Assembly (NCBI GenBank): GCA_047947115.1
Contig: CP170459.1
Location: 1,952,001 to 2,016,000 of the forward strand
Reading direction: 5' to 3'
Origin: Verrucomicrobiota bacterium
Lineage (GTDB): Bacteria > Verrucomicrobiota > Verrucomicrobiia > Limisphaerales > AAA164-E04
DNA: 64,000 nucleotides
Every line of letters begins with the position of its first letter. Position 1 is the first letter of the stretch. The position numbers and the translations under genes were made by a program. The notes below the pieces were generated by a model. It did no database searches and had not been told where the DNA came from. It worked only from the letters and a program-made list of their open reading frames with translations. Shown here one piece after another: positions 59,437-64,000 of this stretch.

Positions 59437-60864
59437 ATGGGTAAGAATTCTAAAAAACGCAGAGAGAACAAACAGGAATCCAAACCTGCGCCAACAACTT
59501 CTCTTGAACCGCAACAAAGTGAACGACCGTCAGCCGGTATGTGGTTGCACTTCGTTCGAGTTCTCCTGGTCTCCGCGATGCTGATTACTGGTTACTTGTC
59601 CTTGGTATCCTTGAGTCAAGACAGCGGTGTCCCGGGGTGTGGTCCCGAATCCAGTTGCGATCAGGTGCTTTCCAGCCAATGGGCCTCCTGGTTGGGGGTT
59701 CCGATTACCTTGCCGGGGTTGGTTTTGTACGGGGTGTTTCTTCTGAATACATTCTTCATCAATAGCAAGACGTTGGACAAAGCCAAGCGCACCCTGAATC
59801 TTCAAGTCCTTTGCTCGTTCGCTATTTTGGCTGCCGCTCTGTGGTTCGTGGGGGTCCAGGCGGTGGTGATCAAGGCATTCTGTCCCTACTGTTGCACCGC
59901 ACATGCTTTGGCTTCGGCAGCGGCCATTTTGTTCTTAATGCAGGGTAATTCGCTTGGAGCCCGTTTGTCGGTCCGTTTGAATTTTGCGGGTGCGGGAATT
60001 GCAGCTTTGGTGTTTGTGGGCATTGTGGCCGGGGCGCAGGTGTTGTTTCCCAAAAAACAGGCGGGACCGATCATCGTCTCAATGGAAGAGAAAAACAGCA
60101 ATGTGGAGCAAATTGAACCTTCAATCCCCGAAGCTTCGACTCCACCCCAGGAACCTTCTCCAATTGAGCCCACTCAAGATCCGGAAATCGAGCCAGTGGA
60201 TGAGCCAGCTGTGGAAGTTGCTCCACCTGTCGATGTTCAGCCTGCACCCAAGGTTGCCATCAAGATACCGCCATTGCCGTTGCCCAATTCCACCATTCAG
60301 TTTAATCCGGTCAGGTTGCCCACTCTTGGGGCTCCTGATGCACCTCATCGGATGGGGTTGATGTTTGATTACACCTGCCACCATTGTCGCAATGTGCACG
60401 GGTTCGTGCGTCAGTTGTTGAAAAAGTATGACGGTAAACTGTCCTGTATGTTGATCCCGGTGCCGTTGGACGCGAATTGCAATCCTTTCGTCAAAACAAC
60501 GCAGCGGGATCACATCGACGCCTGCAAATACGCCAAGATCTGTCTGGCAGTCCAGCTTCTGGCTCCCGAGAAATACGATGCGTTTGATCAATGGTTATTC
60601 ACGGATCACGAAAAAGTGAAAACACTGGATGCCGTTCGGACCCATGCCGAAAACCTGGTCGGAAAGGACGTTCTGGCGAAAACGGTGGAAAGCGCCGAAG
60701 TCGCCGCCCAATTGAAACAGGATTTTGATGCTTACCAGGTGAATTATCGCAACAGTGGCAAAGGCTTACTCCCGCAGACCATCATCAACACCCACGTCAT
60801 CTTTGGTCCTCCACCCGATGTTGAGACATTGGACAAGATCATGAAACAGTTGTTGGGGATTTGA
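59437..60864 (+). CDS. Vitamin K epoxide reductase (VKOR)-DsbA/thioredoxin fusion
   Basis: CGPESSCDQVLSS.W; TM CPYC; Pro/Glu-rich linker; FDYTCHHCR; cis-Pro-like LLPQ. Confidence 0.9.
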   Translation: MGKNSKKRRENKQESKPAPTTSLEPQQSERPSAGMWLHFVRVLLVSAMLITGYLSLVSLSQDSGVPGCGPESSCDQVLSSQWASWLGVPITLPGLVLYGVFLLNTFFINSKTLDKAKRTLNLQVLCSFAILAAALWFVGVQAVVIKAFCPYCCTAHALASAAAILFLMQGNSLGARLSVRLNFAGAGIAALVFVGIVAGAQVLFPKKQAGPIIVSMEEKNSNVEQIEPSIPEASTPPQEPSPIEPTQDPEIEPVDEPAVEVAPPVDVQPAPKVAIKIPPLPLPNSTIQFNPVRLPTLGAPDAPHRMGLMFDYTCHHCRNVHGFVRQLLKKYDGKLSCMLIPVPLDANCNPFVKTTQRDHIDACKYAKICLAVQLLAPEKYDAFDQWLFTDHEKVKTLDAVRTHAENLVGKDVLAKTVESAEVAAQLKQDFDAYQVNYRNSGKGLLPQTIINTHVIFGPPPDVETLDKIMKQLLGI

Positions 60865-60868
60865 TGCT

Positions 60869-62476
60869 TTACTGGCTCAACACGCTGGTATCCGCAAAGG
60901 CGATGTAAAGCACCAGCACCGCCACGGCAAGTCCGATGCCCATCGGGTAGGCCCATTTCCAGGGGGTGAGATCGACATGGCCTGAGTGTTTGTGTTCCCA
61001 GGGTGTTTTGAGCGGGGCGAGCATGCCGCTGATCAGCATCAGAATGATCAATACGGCAAAGACAGCTCCCAGAAAATGGAATTCATGCATGGCATTTACC
61101 TTTTCGCTCAGCGCTGGCACAAAATATCCGAGTGCTATGGCCAGAAAGCCTACAATGAGTGCGATGTTCGCTCCCCATGCCGGGATGCGTTTGTTCAAAA
61201 TTCCCATCAACATGACCGAGAAAATGGGGATGAAGTAGAGGCCGTTCATTTTTTGCAGGTAACCGAAAATGCTGTCTTGTCCCGCCAACATGGGAGCCCC
61301 CACCATGGCCAGAATCGCAATGACGATTCCAAAGGTTTTACCCACGGAGATCACTTTGGCTTCGTCGACATGGTCGTGCTTGATCATATGGCGGTAGATG
61401 CCGAGACTGAACAAGGTTGCGGTGCTGTTCAGCGCTGAGTTGAAAGAACTCAGGATGGCCCCCACCATGACCGCCGCGAAGAATCCTGCCAGCCATGTGG
61501 GGAGCACGTTGCTCACCAGCGTGCCGTAAGCGTGATCCGCTTTGATGTCGGTCTCACTGTAAAGGTGGAAGGCAATGATGCCGGGCAACACCAGGATCAT
61601 CGGGGCAAGCACCTTGAAAAATCCGGCAATCAAGACGCCTTTCTGGCCTTCCTTGAGGCTGCTGGCTCCAAAGGTGCGCTGGATGATCTGCTGGTTGGTG
61701 GTCCAATAGAAAAGATTGAGCAACAGGACGCCGGTAAAGAGAGTGGAGAAGGGAACCGAGGAGGTTTTTGACCCGAGAGAATTGAATTTCTCAGGGTGAG
61801 CTTCCTTCAGATCCCCCATCGCAGCAAAAATCCCTCCATCATTCACCGCCATCAAACCAAAGTAGGCTATTAGCAAACCACCCACCAGCAAACCAAATCC
61901 ATTGATGGTGTCCGATACGGCGACGGAACGCAGACCTCCGAAAATGGCGTAGATGGAACCAATGATGCCGATCATCCAGACCGTGATCCAAAGGATGGTG
62001 GAGTCCGATTGAATGCCCGTCAGCGCTTTCAAATCCAGAATCCCCGCCAGGCCTGTTGCGCCCGTATAAAGAATGATGGGCAGGAGAATGCACGTATAGG
62101 CGATGATGAAGATGAAACTGGTAATCGAGCGTGTGGTGGCGTCAAAACGTTCTTCCAGAAACTGAGGGACGGTTGCGATGCCGCTGCGCAGGTATTTCGG
62201 AAGGAAAAAGAGAGCCATGAATACCAGAGACAAGCCAGCCACCACTTCCCATGCCATGACCGCAATGCCATCGGTGAATGCCGCCCCGTTGAGCCCGACC
62301 AGTTGTTCGGTCGAAAGATTGGTCAGCAACAATGATCCGGCAATGTAACCGCCGGTGAGCGAGCGCCCGGCAAGAAAGTAACCGTCCGACGTGGCATCAG
62401 TTTTTCCATGAGTGATCCGCCAGGTTAAAAGACCAACCAGACCGGTGAAGAACACAAACGACAATATGGTGAACAT
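60869..62476 (-). CDS. Sodium:solute symporter (SSS family, YidK-like sugar/inositol)
   Basis: [60 protein letters not shown]. Confidence 0.92.
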   Translation of the reverse strand: MFTILSFVFFTGLVGLLTWRITHGKTDATSDGYFLAGRSLTGGYIAGSLLLTNLSTEQLVGLNGAAFTDGIAVMAWEVVAGLSLVFMALFFLPKYLRSGIATVPQFLEERFDATTRSITSFIFIIAYTCILLPIILYTGATGLAGILDLKALTGIQSDSTILWITVWMIGIIGSIYAIFGGLRSVAVSDTINGFGLLVGGLLIAYFGLMAVNDGGIFAAMGDLKEAHPEKFNSLGSKTSSVPFSTLFTGVLLLNLFYWTTNQQIIQRTFGASSLKEGQKGVLIAGFFKVLAPMILVLPGIIAFHLYSETDIKADHAYGTLVSNVLPTWLAGFFAAVMVGAILSSFNSALNSTATLFSLGIYRHMIKHDHVDEAKVISVGKTFGIVIAILAMVGAPMLAGQDSIFGYLQKMNGLYFIPIFSVMLMGILNKRIPAWGANIALIVGFLAIALGYFVPALSEKVNAMHEFHFLGAVFAVLIILMLISGMLAPLKTPWEHKHSGHVDLTPWKWAYPMGIGLAVAVLVLYIAFADTSVLSQ

Positions 62477-62698
62477 AATTTAATTGGGTTATGAAGCACA
62501 TAGAATCAGGTCATATGAACGAACTGTTCAAGATCAAAGTCGGGCCAACAATTTAAATAGGTGACCAGATTGTCTCAGGGACGACAAGCGATTTTGGGGC
62601 AGTGCGATGATATCGGGCCTCGTAAGTGTGTAAATTTTACTAGCTGGTCATTGATTCCAACATTGCCCGCGCAGATCGTTTCTGGTACCCGTTGAAGC

Positions 62699-64000
62699 GT
62701 GACTGCTTCTGGTTCAGACGATTCGAATTTGATTGCTTTTCCGCATGCCAAGGCTGATGGCCGGGTGCGGGTGGATGGCAAGTATTTTCGTGTGGACGGA
62801 GGATTGTGGGTGGCGCGTGGGGTTGCTTACGGTCCGTTTGGGCCGGGTGAGGGTGAAGGAGCGTTTGCATCCGTGGAGCAGACGACCCGTGATTTTGATC
62901 AGATGCGCTCACTCGGGCTGAATACGGTGCGCATATATCATGTGCCCCCGCTTTGGTTTCTGGATTTAGCTCAGGCCAAGGGTTTGCGGGTCTGGGTGGA
63001 TTTGCCCTGGGATCAGCATCGATTATTTTTGGAGCATGTACAAGAGGTGAAACACATTCGTCGGGGGCTGGTTCAATCCGTTTCAGCCTTTGCGCATCAT
63101 CCAGCTTTGTTTACGGTGTGTGTGGGGAATGAAATATCCTCTGAATTGATCCGTTGGCAGGGCGGGCGGAAGGTTGCCCGCTTTTTGGATGATCTGGTGG
63201 ATGACTTGCATCAAAAGCATCAGGGGATTTTGTGCACCTATGGTAATTTCCCGCCTACCGAATACTTTTGTTTGGAGGAAATTGATTTTCTCTCTTACAA
63301 CATCTACCTGCATGAAGCTAAAGCCATGGATCGTTACCTGGCTCGCCTGCAGTTGATGGCGGATGGAAAACCCCTGGTGGTGGGCGAGCTGGGGATGGAT
63401 ACGCTCATCAACGGACCAAAAGCTCAAGCTGACTATCTGAGTCAGCAACTTGCTCTTGCCGAACGGCATGCTTGTGCCGGGGTAGTGGTCTTTGGTTTCA
63501 CGGATGATTGGGTCAAGGACGGGGAACCCGTCACTGATTGGGCTTTCGGAATCACGGATGCGAATCGAAAGCCAAAACCCGCATGTGATGTCCTGAAATC
63601 ATGTTGGGCTATTCCGGAAAGGACTACATCGAACCTCCCGTTCGTTTCGGTAGTCATTGCCGCATATAACGCCGCTGATACTCTGGGGGCCTGTCTGGCC
63701 TCCTTGGAAAAGCTGGCGTATCCGAATTACGAGGTCATCATTGTGGATGACGGATCAAACGATAATACCCGCACCATTGCCGCTCGGTTTTCGTCTTTTA
63801 AATACATAGATCTTGGCACTAATCGTGGCTTGTCTGCTGCCCGTAATGCCGGGATACGTGCCGCCAAAGGTGAAATTGTTGCTTTTACCGATGCGGATTG
63901 TCAGGCGGATGCGCAATGGCTTCGATTTCTGGTTGCCGCATTTGAACAGAATGACTGGGCGGCAGTGGGAGGTCCAAATCTTTTACCACCGGATGATGGG
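62699..64000 (+). CDS. Fusion of a clan GH-A (GH2/GH5-like) TIM-barrel domain and a GT2 glycosyltransferase; runs off the window end
   Basis: Own translation from GTG 62699, open to 64000: RVDGKYF...GVAYGPF...GLNTVRIYHVPP...VGNEI...VVGELGMD...WAFG, then VSVVIAAYN, VDDGSND, NRGLSAARN.G, AFTDADC. Probably absent from the ORF track because it has no stop in the window. Confidence 0.9.
   Translation, partial: MTASGSDDSNLIAFPHAKADGRVRVDGKYFRVDGGLWVARGVAYGPFGPGEGEGAFASVEQTTRDFDQMRSLGLNTVRIYHVPPLWFLDLAQAKGLRVWVDLPWDQHRLFLEHVQEVKHIRRGLVQSVSAFAHHPALFTVCVGNEISSELIRWQGGRKVARFLDDLVDDLHQKHQGILCTYGNFPPTEYFCLEEIDFLSYNIYLHEAKAMDRYLARLQLMADGKPLVVGELGMDTLINGPKAQADYLSQQLALAERHACAGVVVFGFTDDWVKDGEPVTDWAFGITDANRKPKPACDVLKSCWAIPERTTSNLPFVSVVIAAYNAADTLGACLASLEKLAYPNYEVIIVDDGSNDNTRTIAARFSSFKYIDLGTNRGLSAARNAGIRAAKGEIVAFTDADCQADAQWLRFLVAAFEQNDWAAVGGPNLLPPDDG

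Overview
Bacterial chromosomal DNA, standard genetic code 11. The gene families (H-X9-DG prepilin-like protein, CotH/lamin-tail giant protein, double PQQ-propeller protein, GH-GT2 fusion) suggest a PVC-superphylum organism, probably Verrucomicrobiota; this is an inference. Housekeeping genes (thrH-thrS, smc, class II RNR nrdJ, yebC, gluQ, rny, secA, large PFOR, moxR) are interspersed with secreted or periplasmic proteins of unknown function and sugar-utilisation genes. I found no rRNA, tRNA, CRISPR array, prophage or intact transposase. Best leads: (1) a shared ~75-aa C-terminal domain on two otherwise unrelated secreted proteins, a candidate lineage-specific export or surface-anchoring signal; (2) NrdR boxes upstream of nrdJ and also of smc; (3) a 57-aa ORF missed by the ORF track; (4) a clan GH-A glycosidase-GT2 fusion, also missing from the track; (5) a relic integron-like cassette, two REP-like repeat families and an IS-end-like remnant; (6) several decaying genes (two amber stops plus an apparent internal deletion in a sensor kinase, an internally deleted acyltransferase, a G8-tract frameshift). 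No complete novel system can be demonstrated from the sequence alone.
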